Of a stretch of 64,000 nt of DNA, positions 47,393 to 57,305 are shown in pieces. Where the stretch lies: positions 2,411,947 through 2,475,946 of the forward strand of contig OZ242262.1 of NCBI GenBank assembly GCA_965207145.1, given 5' to 3'. Below the pieces are notes generated by a model. The model had not been told where the DNA came from. It made no database searches and saw only the letters and a list, made by a program, of their open reading frames with translations. Positions within the stretch are counted from its first letter, which is position 1; the number at the start of each line of letters is the position of its first letter. Position numbers and translations under genes: made by a program. The stretch is from Dehalococcoidia bacterium. Lineage in GTDB: Bacteria; Chloroflexota; Dehalococcoidia; Lucifugimonadales; UBA2962.

Positions 47393-48505
47393 CTATGTCG
47401 TGAACCCGGCTATGGCCCAGTTTACCTCCGATGGAGCTTCCATCATGGCCATGTGGCCGGCACCGTCGATCCTATGCACCGCCACATGCTCAGGCAGGCC
47501 ATCGGCATGGGATGCCGGGATAATGCGGTCTTCGGTGCCCCAAATCACCTGGATAGGGGCGTCCAAACTGTCGAGGGCGTCCCTGTATGTGAGCTTCTGC
47601 TCACCGTTGGAGGTAAAGCCGGCCGCGATCGCACGGAGCGCCCCGTCGACCCCGTCCAACCTCTTGAACTTCAGGACGTCGTCAACGAGCTGACGGGTGA
47701 CCAGCGAGGGGTCGCCGAACAGCTCCTCCAGGTATGGCTTTAGCTGCCGTCTCCGCGCCGACTCGATGAAGCCGTTGACATAATTGAAATTGATCTCGCT
47801 TCCCAGACCGGCGCTTGCGACCAGGGTAATCGAGCCCACCAGACCGGGATGGGAAAGCGCCGCCTCCAGCGCTACCGCACCGCCCAGCGAGTGACCGACC
47901 AGATGGACCCGGGACATACCAAGCGCCGAGGCGAGCCCGGTCACGCTATCCGCCAGGACGCCTGCGCCCCCACCGGAGACGTCCTTTGAAGAGCCTCCGT
48001 GCCCGGGCAGGTCGATGGCGTAGACGGCCCGTTCAGCGGCCAGTGCCTCGTGATTAAACAGCCAGTTGTTCAGGTCACCTCCGAACCCGTGCAAGAGCAC
48101 GATCGGCTCGCCGCCATCGCCATGCCGAAGGTACCGCAACGCGCGACCGGCCAGGTCCACGGTCTGCGGCACCGGGCCTTCTTCAGTGGCCTGGTCCGGC
48201 ACGAATGAGCCGAGAAAGGACTCGACGAATTCGTCTATCTCCTCGTCCGGGACCTCCCGGCCGGCGATCACCCCGAGCAGCCCCGCCACGGGAACCTGGT
48301 CACCCTCCCGGGCCACCCTGCGGCGCATGACGCCTGCCGCCGGTGCCTCGGCGGCGCTGGCGATCTTCTCGGTCTCGATCTCAACGATCTCGTCGCCCGC
48401 GGCCACCTCATCGCCCTCGTCAACCAGCCAGCGGGTGACCAGGCCCTGAGTCATGGTCAGGCCCCACTTGGGCATCGTCAGCCTTGAGAGTCTGTCCCGG
48501 GTCAT
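47393..48505 (-). CDS. acoC: acetoin dehydrogenase E2-like subunit (lipoyl domain + alpha/beta-hydrolase fold)
   Basis: N-terminal lipoyl domain (EIETEKIASAAEAPAAG), then an alpha/beta hydrolase (LLHGFGGD, GHSLGG). The ATG overlaps the acoB stop (ATGA). Confidence 0.85.
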   Translation of the reverse strand: MTRDRLSRLTMPKWGLTMTQGLVTRWLVDEGDEVAAGDEIVEIETEKIASAAEAPAAGVMRRRVAREGDQVPVAGLLGVIAGREVPDEEIDEFVESFLGSFVPDQATEEGPVPQTVDLAGRALRYLRHGDGGEPIVLLHGFGGDLNNWLFNHEALAAERAVYAIDLPGHGGSSKDVSGGGAGVLADSVTGLASALGMSRVHLVGHSLGGAVALEAALSHPGLVGSITLVASAGLGSEINFNYVNGFIESARRRQLKPYLEELFGDPSLVTRQLVDDVLKFKRLDGVDGALRAIAAGFTSNGEQKLTYRDALDSLDAPIQVIWGTEDRIIPASHADGLPEHVAVHRIDGAGHMAMMEAPSEVNWAIAGFTT

Positions 48506-49515
48506 GCGTCGTAGCCGGCAACCTCTCGTACGGCCGACTCAATCTTGGCCGCGTCCGGCTTGTACAGGTCCTCCAGAGAATCGCTGAAGGGAACCGGGGT
48601 GTGCGGTGCGGTCACCAGTTTGATCGGGGCCTCGAGGTCACCGAATGCCTCCTGAGCGATCAGGGCGGAGATGTCGGTGGCCACGCTGCATCTCGGAGAG
48701 GCCTCGTCCACCACCACGACCCGGCCGGTCTTCTCCACGCTCTCAAGGATGGTCTCGTCGTCCAGCGGTGAGGTGGTGCGGGGATCGACCACCTCGCACT
48801 GTATGCCGTCTACTGCCAGCTGGCCCGCGGCCTCCACGGCCGTGTGCACCATCTGTCCGATCGCGATTATGGAGACATCTCCGCCGTCACGGACGACGTT
48901 TGCTTCACCCAGGGGAATGGCGTACGACTCAGCAGGCACCTCTCCCTTCATCTGGTAGAGGGCCTTGTGCTCGAAGAACATGATCGGGTCGTCGTCCCTG
49001 ATGGAGGCTATGAGCAGGCCCTTGGCGTCGTACGGAGACGCCGGGACGACGCACTTCAGGCCCGGAATGTGGGTAAAGATGCTGTACAGGGTCTGGGAGT
49101 GCTGGGCGGCGGCACGGATGCCGGCACCATACATGGTGCGTATCACCACCGGGGTCTCGGCCTTGCCGCCGAACATGTACCTGAACTTGGCGGCCTGGTT
49201 AAAGATCTGGTCGAAGCACACTCCCATGAAGTCGTTGAACATGAGCTCGGCCACCGGGCGAAGACCGGAGGCGGCCGCCCCCACAGCGGCGCCGATGAAC
49301 GCGGACTCGGTGATAGGGGTGTCCATGACCCGCTCGCCGTGCTTTGAGTACAGGCCCTTGGTGACCCCGAGCGGCCCTCCCCAGGCGTCCATCTCGCCTT
49401 CGGCCCCGGAGCCGCCGGCGACATCCTCGCCCATCACGATGACGGAGGGATCACGGGCCATCTCCTGGTCTAGGGCCTCGTTGATGGCCTCCTGGTAGGT
49501 GATCGTCCTGGCCAT
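48502..49515 (-). CDS. acoB: acetoin/2-oxoacid dehydrogenase E1 beta subunit
   Basis: The internal ATG at 49515 gives MARTITYQEAINEALDQEMARDPSVIVMGEDV..., a typical E1-beta N-terminus. The 99-codon upstream extension in the ORF track is Arg-rich junk that overlaps acoA. Confidence 0.9.
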   Translation of the reverse strand: MARTITYQEAINEALDQEMARDPSVIVMGEDVAGGSGAEGEMDAWGGPLGVTKGLYSKHGERVMDTPITESAFIGAAVGAAASGLRPVAELMFNDFMGVCFDQIFNQAAKFRYMFGGKAETPVVIRTMYGAGIRAAAQHSQTLYSIFTHIPGLKCVVPASPYDAKGLLIASIRDDDPIMFFEHKALYQMKGEVPAESYAIPLGEANVVRDGGDVSIIAIGQMVHTAVEAAGQLAVDGIQCEVVDPRTTSPLDDETILESVEKTGRVVVVDEASPRCSVATDISALIAQEAFGDLEAPIKLVTAPHTPVPFSDSLEDLYKPDAAKIESAVREVAGYDA

Positions 49516-49544
49516 TCGCTTCCTCCTGTCTGGGTCCGGCTGGC

Positions 49545-50513
49545 CTAGTAGCTGACGTAGACGTCGGTCAGCAGGTCCTCGGCCGCAGGCTTTGGGTCGG
49601 ACTTGGCCGCCTCGACCGCGGACTCTATGAGATCTGCGACCTCCCCATCGATCGCGGCGAGCTCGTCCTGATCGACCTGTCGGGCGCCGACGACGGCGGC
49701 GACAAAGCCGGCGATGCAGTCCCTGCTCTCGCGTATCTTCTGTGCCTCGTCGGGCCTGCGGTAGGTCTGGGCATCGCCCTCGAAGTGGCCGAAGTAGCGG
49801 TTGACTTCGCACTCTATGAAGGCGGGCCCCTCGCCTCGACGGGCCCTGGCCACCGCCTCGCCGACCGCCTCGTACACGGCGAAAAAGTCGTGTCCGTCCA
49901 CCGTGAGGGCGGGCATGCCGAATGCTGCGGCCCTGCCCGCGATGCTGTCGGCGCCGACGGCGTAGTCCCGGGACGTGGCCTCGGCGTACCCGTTGTTCTC
50001 GGCGACGAATATGGCCGGCAGCTTCCAGACCTGGGCCAGGTTCAGGCTCTCGAGCGTGGTGCCCTGGTTCGACCCACCGTCTCCGACGAAGGCCACCGCG
50101 ACGTTGTCGGTGCCCTGCACCTTGGCCGCAAGGGCCGCACCGCAGATCAGGGGAGGTCCGCCTCCGACGATGCCGTTGGCACCCATCATGCCCTTGTCCA
50201 GGTCGGCGATGTGCATGGAGCCGCCCTTGCCGTGGCAGACCCCGGTCCTCTTGCCGTAGATCTCGGCCATCATGGCGCGCACGTCAACGCCCTTGGCGAT
50301 GCAGTGACCGTGGCCGCGGTGCGTGGACGCGATCTTGTCGCCTTCCTTAAGGTTTATGCAGACGCCGGTGGCGCAGGCCTCCTCGCCGGCATAGAGATGC
50401 ACGAAGCCCGGGATCTCGCCGGTGGCGAACTCCTCGTGCAGCCTCTCTTCAAAGACCCGGATGGTCTTCATCGTCCGGTAGACGGACAGCAGGTCGTCTC
50501 TGGTGAGCGGCAT
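49545..50513 (-). CDS. acoA: thiamine-diphosphate-dependent acetoin/2-oxoacid dehydrogenase E1 alpha subunit
   Basis: FVHLYAGEEA, the TPP motif GDGGSNQG...NN, YRGHFEGD-like YFGHFEGD. Confidence 0.9.
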   Translation of the reverse strand: MPLTRDDLLSVYRTMKTIRVFEERLHEEFATGEIPGFVHLYAGEEACATGVCINLKEGDKIASTHRGHGHCIAKGVDVRAMMAEIYGKRTGVCHGKGGSMHIADLDKGMMGANGIVGGGPPLICGAALAAKVQGTDNVAVAFVGDGGSNQGTTLESLNLAQVWKLPAIFVAENNGYAEATSRDYAVGADSIAGRAAAFGMPALTVDGHDFFAVYEAVGEAVARARRGEGPAFIECEVNRYFGHFEGDAQTYRRPDEAQKIRESRDCIAGFVAAVVGARQVDQDELAAIDGEVADLIESAVEAAKSDPKPAAEDLLTDVYVSY

Positions 50514-50730
50514 CGCGGCCCCTCCTCCATAGGCATAAAGCCGGGATCGGGCGGTAGCGTAGCACGGGGCACCTCGGACCCGCCACGATGCGTGTCTGTG
50601 CCGACGCTGACCGATCCGGTGGTGTGGCCATGTTGAAGGCCCCCTATGGCATGGACCGTTCCGTCACCCTTGTTGAGGGCGGTGAATCCCATAGCTTAAG
50701 AGGGACCGTGGAGGAGAACCCCGGGGCCAC

Positions 50731-50744
50731 GGCTAGATCTAGCC
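50731..50744. promoter_or_regulatory. perfect 14-bp palindrome GGCTAGATCTAGCC upstream of acoA
   Basis: Read directly. A related GATCTAGA core recurs at ~50819-50826. AT-rich palindromes stand out in this GC-rich intergenic region. Confidence 0.2.
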
Positions 50745-51013
50745 GCCTTGTCGCTGGCCCAGCACCATGTCTGGCCGTCCGCCAGAAGGCCGCGGGCATG
50801 ATCCGCTCACGCGCTAATGATCTAGAATCTCCAATGCACCGGCATGCCATCCTCGCGGCGGTCGCAGGTTAGGTGCGCGCCTGCGCCTCAGTCGGGTGGA
50901 CGCTGACCCACTCGATCTACTGAGAGGCAAGGGACGGGGCACCCATGTCGCGCTGAAGGAACCTGTGCCTGAAGAACTGCGGGCAGAGGTCTCGGACCGT
51001 CCCGGACGGAGGA

Positions 51014-51283
51014 TCAGTCGGAGGAGCCCTGTTCCCGTTCGGTTTGGGCGAAGCGCAAGGCTAGGGCATCGTCTAGGAGCGGAGAGTTCATGCTCGCCAG
51101 CACCCTGATGTCCTCTTCGGAGATGCGTCCGGATCCCATGACCTTGGTCTCGGCCCAGCGCCTAGCCACCATCCGGGGCACCGTCACCTTGTCTCTGTAG
51201 AGCCAAGACAACGCGGCGATGGCCAACCCGAAAATTACCCAGGCGAAGGACGTAAGGACGGATGCAGCCTGTTCCATTCCCAC
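51014..51283 (-). CDS. small membrane-anchored hypothetical protein
   Basis: 89 aa with one N-terminal TM segment (VLTSFAWVIFGLAIAALSWLY). No recognisable domain. Confidence 0.4.
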   Translation of the reverse strand: MGMEQAASVLTSFAWVIFGLAIAALSWLYRDKVTVPRMVARRWAETKVMGSGRISEEDIRVLASMNSPLLDDALALRFAQTEREQGSSD

Positions 51284-51532
51284 GCTCCTTTCAGAGGGTA
51301 TGAGCAGAACTTAGCCGAACCGGGCCCCGGCGTCAACGAAATTGCAGGCTGCTCCTACCTGCTGGGAGACCGTGACGGCGCCGACTTCTGCGATGCCCCA
51401 TTAACCTCCGTCGCGCATCCATGCCGATGGCCCTGGCCAGTCGGTGTCGGGTGACTTGCATAGGTAAGAGAAACTCCTATCCCAGGATCTTTCCCAGGTG
51501 TATCGGAGGCAGCCTTTCGGCACTGAGGGAGA

Positions 51533-52960
51533 TCAGCGCCGCTCCAGCGTCATGCGAAGACCGTGACGCGGGCGTAGGGTTACCCTGCCGCGCGCTTCGA
51601 CCTTGTGTCCCGACGCCATGCGCAGACGGTAGGCCCGTGCGACGGTGGCGAGCACCAGGCACGCCTCCGCCATGGCAAAGCCCCTGCCGATGCAGATGCG
51701 GGGGCCACCGCCGAAAGGCAGGTACGCGAATCGATGGCGCGCCTTGATCCGATCGGATGTGAATCGCTGGGGATCAAAGCGAAGCGGATCCTTCCAGAGT
51801 CGCGGATTGCGGTGGGTGAGGTATGGGCTGATCGTGACCACGCTGCCTCTGCGAATCGCGTGCTCACCGAACTGATCGTCCGAGAGTGCCACGCGACTGA
51901 GAGAGAACACCGGCGGAAATAGACGCATCGCCTCCTCGATGACCATACGCGTGTAGGGCAGCGCCTCCAGGTCGTCGAACGTCGCCTCCCGCTCCCCCAG
52001 CACACGGTCCACCTCTCCATGCAGCGTGCGTTCGATCCCGGGATGTCGCGACAGCAGGTACAGGGTCCACGTAAGCGCCTGCGCCGTCGTCTCGTGCCCG
52101 GCGGCAAAGAACGTGATCACCTCGTCACGGAGCTGCGTATCGGTCATCCCATCGCCAGTCTCCTCGTCACGGGCTGAAAGCAGCAGATCCAGCAGGTCAC
52201 CCGGCACTTGCCGGGCAGCGCGCCGCATGGCAATGATGTCGTATATAGTCCTGTCGAGTCGGGCGAGCGCCTCCCGGGCCCGATGCGGGCGCCACCTCGG
52301 AAACCATTCGGGAAAGCCCAGAATGTCGAGCGGACTCGGTGTGCCCAAGGACGCGATCAGTGTCTTCACCGCCCGGTCCAGTTCGTCGATAGAGTCGGCG
52401 ATGTCGCTGGAGAACAGCGCCTCGGCGACGATCTCCATCGTGAGGGACATCATCTCGTGGCTGATGTCGAAGCTCTGTCCAGACTCATGCGCCGCCCTCC
52501 ACCGCTTGACGCGCTGCCGTGCTCGACGTATGACCACGTCGGCCGCCTGCGCTACCCGCTGGCGATGGAAGGCGGGGGCCATGATCCGGCGCTGGCGGCG
52601 CCAGGACTCACCTTCGCTGATCAGCAGGCCGTTGCCCAGAACCGGTCTCAGGATCTGGCGAGTGAGCCGACTCTTGACATAGTTGTTGTGGTTGGTCAGC
52701 AGGATGTGCTCGATGAAAGCGGGTTCATTGACGAGGACAAAGTTCTGGAAAAGAATCCGCGCCTGAAGGAATTCGGCGACGAACGATTCACGGCTGAACA
52801 CGGACAGCTGGTTGTCGCGCAGCAGAAGGAGAAACCGGATCGGGTTGGCCGGCCCGTCCAGCGGTTCGGGTACGACGCCGGGTTCGTAGGCGATTGCGGG
52901 GTGAATGTCCGTCATCTTCGCGCCAACTGAGCTGCCCCCATCACTTGCACCAGTAACCAT
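51533..52960 (-). CDS. cytochrome P450
   Basis: Heme loop FGGGPRICIGRGFA, ExxR (EEAMR), I-helix AGHETT. The start is probably the ATG at 52915. Confidence 0.92.
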   Translation of the reverse strand: MVTGASDGGSSVGAKMTDIHPAIAYEPGVVPEPLDGPANPIRFLLLLRDNQLSVFSRESFVAEFLQARILFQNFVLVNEPAFIEHILLTNHNNYVKSRLTRQILRPVLGNGLLISEGESWRRQRRIMAPAFHRQRVAQAADVVIRRARQRVKRWRAAHESGQSFDISHEMMSLTMEIVAEALFSSDIADSIDELDRAVKTLIASLGTPSPLDILGFPEWFPRWRPHRAREALARLDRTIYDIIAMRRAARQVPGDLLDLLLSARDEETGDGMTDTQLRDEVITFFAAGHETTAQALTWTLYLLSRHPGIERTLHGEVDRVLGEREATFDDLEALPYTRMVIEEAMRLFPPVFSLSRVALSDDQFGEHAIRRGSVVTISPYLTHRNPRLWKDPLRFDPQRFTSDRIKARHRFAYLPFGGGPRICIGRGFAMAEACLVLATVARAYRLRMASGHKVEARGRVTLRPRHGLRMTLERR

Positions 52961-53134
52961 GTTAGAGCCCCGAGCTCCCTTATGGATTCTGCTGGCAGGA
53001 TGGTTTCAGGCGCCGGTGACCGAAAGCCGACCGAACTCCTGTAGTGGGAGGGAGAGCGAGAGGTGTATCGTCGTAAAGGATTCTCAGATAGGCGGGCCGG
53101 CAGGCTGCAGGCAAATCGTGGACCGGGAGATCGG

Positions 53135-53989
53135 ATGACTATTTCAGACGTAACGATAAGGCCGGGAAGACCGGATGATGCGGCAGCCTGCGGCGAGCTT
53201 CTCCACGAGACGTTCGGCCATCTGGCCGACAGCCATGGCTTTCAGCGCGAATTCGGATCGCCGCAGGTGGCCGCCTCGTGGGTCGCCGGAATCCTCTGTC
53301 ACCCTTCCTTCCGCTCCTGGATGGCCGATAGTGGAGGGAGGCTGGTCGGATGCAATTTCCTGGACGAGCGAACAGAGTTCTCCGGCCTGGGTCCGGTGGC
53401 GGTCAGTCCGGCGAGCCAGAATCATGGACTGGGCGCAAGGCTCATGCGGGAGGCGCACAGGCGGGCGGAGGAGCGAGGAGCCTCTGGCATCCGACTGGTC
53501 CAGGACGGATACAACGTCGTCTCGCTGGCCCTCTACGCGAAGATGGGCTATGTCGTAAGGGAGCCCCTGATCGTGATGAGCGGATCGCCGCTCGGAGGGG
53601 AGACGGGGAGAGCGGCCACCGATGTCGATATCGAGGCATGCGCCGCCCTGTGCACAGACGTGCTCCATTTTGACCGGAGCGTCGAGATCCGCGAGGCCGT
53701 CTCAAAGGGCATAGCCAGGGTGGTTGAGCGAGATGGTCAGCTCACCGGATACACCACGGGCTTTGGATATGAGGGCCACGCGGTGGCAAGGAGCTGGACC
53801 GATGTCAAGGACCTGATAGCCGGCTCCGATACCATCGGCTCGCCTGGCTTTGTCGTTCCCACAAGGAACTCCGATCTGCTGGCCTGGTGCCTGTCCCGGG
53901 GCTTTCGAATCAGGCACCCGGTAAACCTGATGACTTTCGGCGCATATGCCGAACCCTGCGGAGCGTTCCTCCCGACGGTGCTCGGCTAG
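53135..53989 (+). CDS. GNAT family N-acetyltransferase (two-domain)
   Basis: IRPGRPDDAAACGEL..., acetyl-CoA loop VSPASQNHGLGARLM. The ATG at 53135 is favoured over the ORF-track start at 53063. Confidence 0.8.
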   Translation: MTISDVTIRPGRPDDAAACGELLHETFGHLADSHGFQREFGSPQVAASWVAGILCHPSFRSWMADSGGRLVGCNFLDERTEFSGLGPVAVSPASQNHGLGARLMREAHRRAEERGASGIRLVQDGYNVVSLALYAKMGYVVREPLIVMSGSPLGGETGRAATDVDIEACAALCTDVLHFDRSVEIREAVSKGIARVVERDGQLTGYTTGFGYEGHAVARSWTDVKDLIAGSDTIGSPGFVVPTRNSDLLAWCLSRGFRIRHPVNLMTFGAYAEPCGAFLPTVLG

Positions 53990-54083
53990 GCGTCAGCATC
54001 CTGGCCGAGAGGAAGATCCACCTCTGGTCCCTTCGGGATGGGAGATCCCCTTAGCCGGGAATAGTGTCCGGGCCGCAAGAGAG

Positions 54084-54914
54084 ATGCGAGAGATCGAACC
54101 ACTTGAGGTTACAGGCCTGTTCCCGGGTCTCCTTGGGGAACTGCTAAAGGTCCTGGAATCACTCTCCGTCGAGGAGTGGGATCTTCCGACACCCTGCCCC
54201 GGCTGGAGCGTCCATGACCTGGCCAGCCACGTTCTCGGGGTCGAGGTCGGCCAGCTTTCGATGGGACGTGACGGCCACGGGTTGGCTCTCATAGATGCGG
54301 GCGACTGGGACGACCTGGTGGCCGCGCTCAACGACCACAACGAGCGCTGGGTCAGATCGATGAGGGGCGTGAGTCCCCGCCTGCTCGTGGATCTCATCAG
54401 ATCCACCGGCGGGCAGGTCAACCGGTACCTGGCCTCCCTCGATCCGCTTCTCGCCGGGCCCACGGTCAGCTGGGCAGGTGCAACGCCGGCGCCCATGTGG
54501 CTTCACATCGCCCGTGAATACACCGAGAGATGGCACCACCAGCAGCAGATCCGCATGGCCGCAGGCAGGCCTCTCCTCACCGACCGCCGCTGGTTCGCCC
54601 CTGCCATCGCGACGTTCGTGCACGGCCTACCGAGGGCATATTCGGATGTCGACGCTCGCGTCGGCTCCGTCGTCCGGATCACCGTCTCCGGCCCCTCCGG
54701 CGGAACCTGGCTGATCGTCCGCACCCAATGTGCGTGGGTTCTAGGCAGGGACGACTCCTCGGCGTCCGATGCCCACGTAACGATCAGCGAGATCGACGCA
54801 TGGAAGCTGTTTACCAAGAGCCTGACCAGGGGCGATATCGAATCAGGGGCCCGGCTCGAAGGTGATCGTGCGCTGGGCCTCAGGGCCCTTTCAACGGTCT
54901 CGATCATCGCCTGA
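54084..54914 (+). CDS. DinB-fold / maleylpyruvate isomerase N-terminal-domain family protein (mycothiol-dependent-enzyme-like)
   Basis: W..PTPCPGWSVHDLASHV is the signature of the TIGR03083-type DinB/MDMPI_N family. The ATG at 54084 is favoured. Confidence 0.75.
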   Translation: MREIEPLEVTGLFPGLLGELLKVLESLSVEEWDLPTPCPGWSVHDLASHVLGVEVGQLSMGRDGHGLALIDAGDWDDLVAALNDHNERWVRSMRGVSPRLLVDLIRSTGGQVNRYLASLDPLLAGPTVSWAGATPAPMWLHIAREYTERWHHQQQIRMAAGRPLLTDRRWFAPAIATFVHGLPRAYSDVDARVGSVVRITVSGPSGGTWLIVRTQCAWVLGRDDSSASDAHVTISEIDAWKLFTKSLTRGDIESGARLEGDRALGLRALSTVSIIA

Positions 54915-55219
54915 GGCAAACATTCGACCTGTCCCCCGGTCCGGCATCAGACCAGACTCAGCTCGACCCCTCGGCGTGCGTTCGGTCAGTCGAACTTCCG
55001 AAGGCCGAGCGTGACAATCCCCTGCACCAGTGGTGGAGGAAAACGGCCCTGGCGGTTCTGGGCCGATGCCGCGCTCACACGACGAGAGGCCAGGGGCCGA
55101 AGACCAGCGATTAGGACGAGCAGTGCGGCATCAACCTGCGACCTCGCTTCTCATCCAGTCCATGGAGGGAACAGGAGGTTGAGTCGGCCCGCCTTATGCG
55201 CCAGCCCGGGCGGGACCGG

Positions 55220-55507
55220 CTAGACGCCCTCGACGATGATCACGCTGGCATTGGCGGCCCTCATGCGAATTTCCCTGATCTCCGCGTATTCGGGAGAGGT
55301 CAGCCAGGCCCTCGCCTGCTCGACGCTGTCAAACTCCACCACGACGATGCGGTCAGGCACCCAGTCGCCATCCACGACCTCAATCGCTCCGCCGCGAATC
55401 AGGTATCTCCCCCCGTAAGCCTCTATGGTCGCGGCAACACGTTGGCGGAACTCGGAAAAGAGGGTCTGATCCTGAATCTCATCATGTACTAACACGTATC
55501 CTGCCAT
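55220..55507 (-). CDS. DUF1330 domain-containing protein
   Basis: 95 aa. MAGYVLVHDEIQD...YGGRYLIRGG...GDW.P.RIVVVEF.S.E.A..W..SPEY. Confidence 0.85.
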   Translation of the reverse strand: MAGYVLVHDEIQDQTLFSEFRQRVAATIEAYGGRYLIRGGAIEVVDGDWVPDRIVVVEFDSVEQARAWLTSPEYAEIREIRMRAANASVIIVEGV

Positions 55508-55571
55508 GCAAGCTCTCCTCTCTTACGTCTCATAGGTGTGGCTTCTTCCTAAAGTGTGACAGTTTAGCGGG

Positions 55572-57305
55572 CTATCTTGAGCCTTCCACCTGCACAGTAA
55601 CGACATCGATGCCATGATACTTACGGTGGCGCACGGAAGACGCATAGTGCCTTAGCAGCCAGAAGGATATCTCGTGTTCCTCCGGAACCTCGGCCTGTTC
55701 GCTCAGATGCGCCAGGCGGTCTTCGAGGTTCTCATCGTCGAAGACGGCCAGAAACTCCAGTTCCACGGCCTCGCCAGGGCGCGCGACGACTATCAGGCGC
55801 GGTACAACTTCGGTCCCACCGTCGTCGCCGGTTCGCAGAAGACTCGACAGCGTCTCCTCGCCTGCGGCGCGCAACCGTTGAGTCGAGGCGTCGTTCCACC
55901 CGATCCTGGACGCGAGCCCGAGGAGGAACGCGTCGATCTTCGGTAGAGCGGATATGTCCAGCCTGGTCTCAAGACGCGTGTGCCGCGGGCTGGTCAGCTC
56001 GATGAACAGGGTCATCAGAATCGCCGCCAGTATCCCGACGGTCAGACCGTTTCCGAGCGATGCACCCCAGGTCCTACCCAGCAGGTCTGCGAGGATGTTC
56101 TGGCTCTCCAGTCCCACTCCGATCGAGAGGGCCACTCCCACGACCAGAGCCTTTCGATGATCTATACCGTCCTGGAGGACCATCCTCATGCCTTCCACGA
56201 ACAGGAGGCCCATTATCATCAGCAGGAACGCCCCCATCACGGGACTGGGGATAGTCAGGAGAACGGACGCCACCTTGGGCAGGAACGCCAGCACGAGCAA
56301 GATGACACCGATTGCATATCCAACGCTACGAGCTGCAACGCCGGTGAGAGTGGTGAGCGTCACGACCGACGGCGTATAGACGATCGTGGGCAGCGTCCCT
56401 GCAATGCCGGCCAGCAGCGTGCCCAGCCCGTTGGTATTAACGGCGGCCTGGACGAGCCGAAAGTCCGTCGCCTGCGGTCTGACTCTTGAGACCCGTTGAA
56501 TGACGACGCCATCGCTGCTCATCTTGATGGCGACTACAAGGCTCACGATCAGAAAGGCCGGAAGGAGGGTCCAGAACTCCGCGCCCGCCCCCAGGTCGAA
56601 TCCCGGCCAAGCCGCGACAGCCGGCTTATAGAGCCACTGCGCATCGACTACCCGTCCGGGGTCGTACAGCCCTAACAATGCGGCGGCCACGCATCCCGTG
56701 ACTATACCGATGAGCGGAGCCCACAGCCGCCATATCCCGGAGCCACGCATGGCCAGCATCACGGCGACTGCCAGCGTCACCACGGCGACAACCGGACCCG
56801 CGGCTGGCGGCGCTCCCTCGGGCACCTCTCTCAGCCTGTCGATCGCGATTGACATAACAGTGACCGCTATCAGCATGAGTGCCGTGCCGGAGACGACCGG
56901 CGTGATGACACGCCTCAGCATCGGGAGCCACTGGGCCAGTGCGAACTGAATCAGCGACGACAACACGATGAGGCTGGCGAGCATGGGTAGGCCACCCAAC
57001 GCCATTGCGAGGACGCAGACCCCTATGAAATGGGGGCCGGCGCCAGTCATCAGCACGTGCCCCGCTCCAAGCCGTCCGACACGACCCGCCTGCAGGGCGG
57101 TGACGATCCCGCCGATTGCCAGCGCTGAGAATATCGCCCATGACAGGTAATCCTCACCCTGGTCGCCCGCCCGGGCCATTACGGTCACAAACAACACTGT
57201 GTTCGCCAGGGCTAACATGACGCCCTGGAGGGCGACACCAACCGACAGCAGAGGTGGGCACCTCTGGTCCGGCTCGTAGCGGATGTGATCGTTCAGGCGC
57301 GCTAT
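55572..57305 (-). CDS. NCS2/SLC23-like (xanthine/uracil permease superfamily) transporter with a ~139-aa cytoplasmic C-terminal domain
   Basis: About 12 TM segments. The ORF track starts at the ATG at 57218, but the frame is open upstream and encodes IARLNDHIRYEPDQRCPPLLSVGVALQGV, an N-terminus typical of these permeases. An in-frame ATA at 57305 follows GGGAGG by 6 nt. The C-terminal 139 aa (55575-55991) are soluble and of unknown family. Confidence 0.75.
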   Translation of the reverse strand: MARLNDHIRYEPDQRCPPLLSVGVALQGVMLALANTVLFVTVMARAGDQGEDYLSWAIFSALAIGGIVTALQAGRVGRLGAGHVLMTGAGPHFIGVCVLAMALGGLPMLASLIVLSSLIQFALAQWLPMLRRVITPVVSGTALMLIAVTVMSIAIDRLREVPEGAPPAAGPVVAVVTLAVAVMLAMRGSGIWRLWAPLIGIVTGCVAAALLGLYDPGRVVDAQWLYKPAVAAWPGFDLGAGAEFWTLLPAFLIVSLVVAIKMSSDGVVIQRVSRVRPQATDFRLVQAAVNTNGLGTLLAGIAGTLPTIVYTPSVVTLTTLTGVAARSVGYAIGVILLVLAFLPKVASVLLTIPSPVMGAFLLMIMGLLFVEGMRMVLQDGIDHRKALVVGVALSIGVGLESQNILADLLGRTWGASLGNGLTVGILAAILMTLFIELTSPRHTRLETRLDISALPKIDAFLLGLASRIGWNDASTQRLRAAGEETLSSLLRTGDDGGTEVVPRLIVVARPGEAVELEFLAVFDDENLEDRLAHLSEQAEVPEEHEISFWLLRHYASSVRHRKYHGIDVVTVQVEGSR

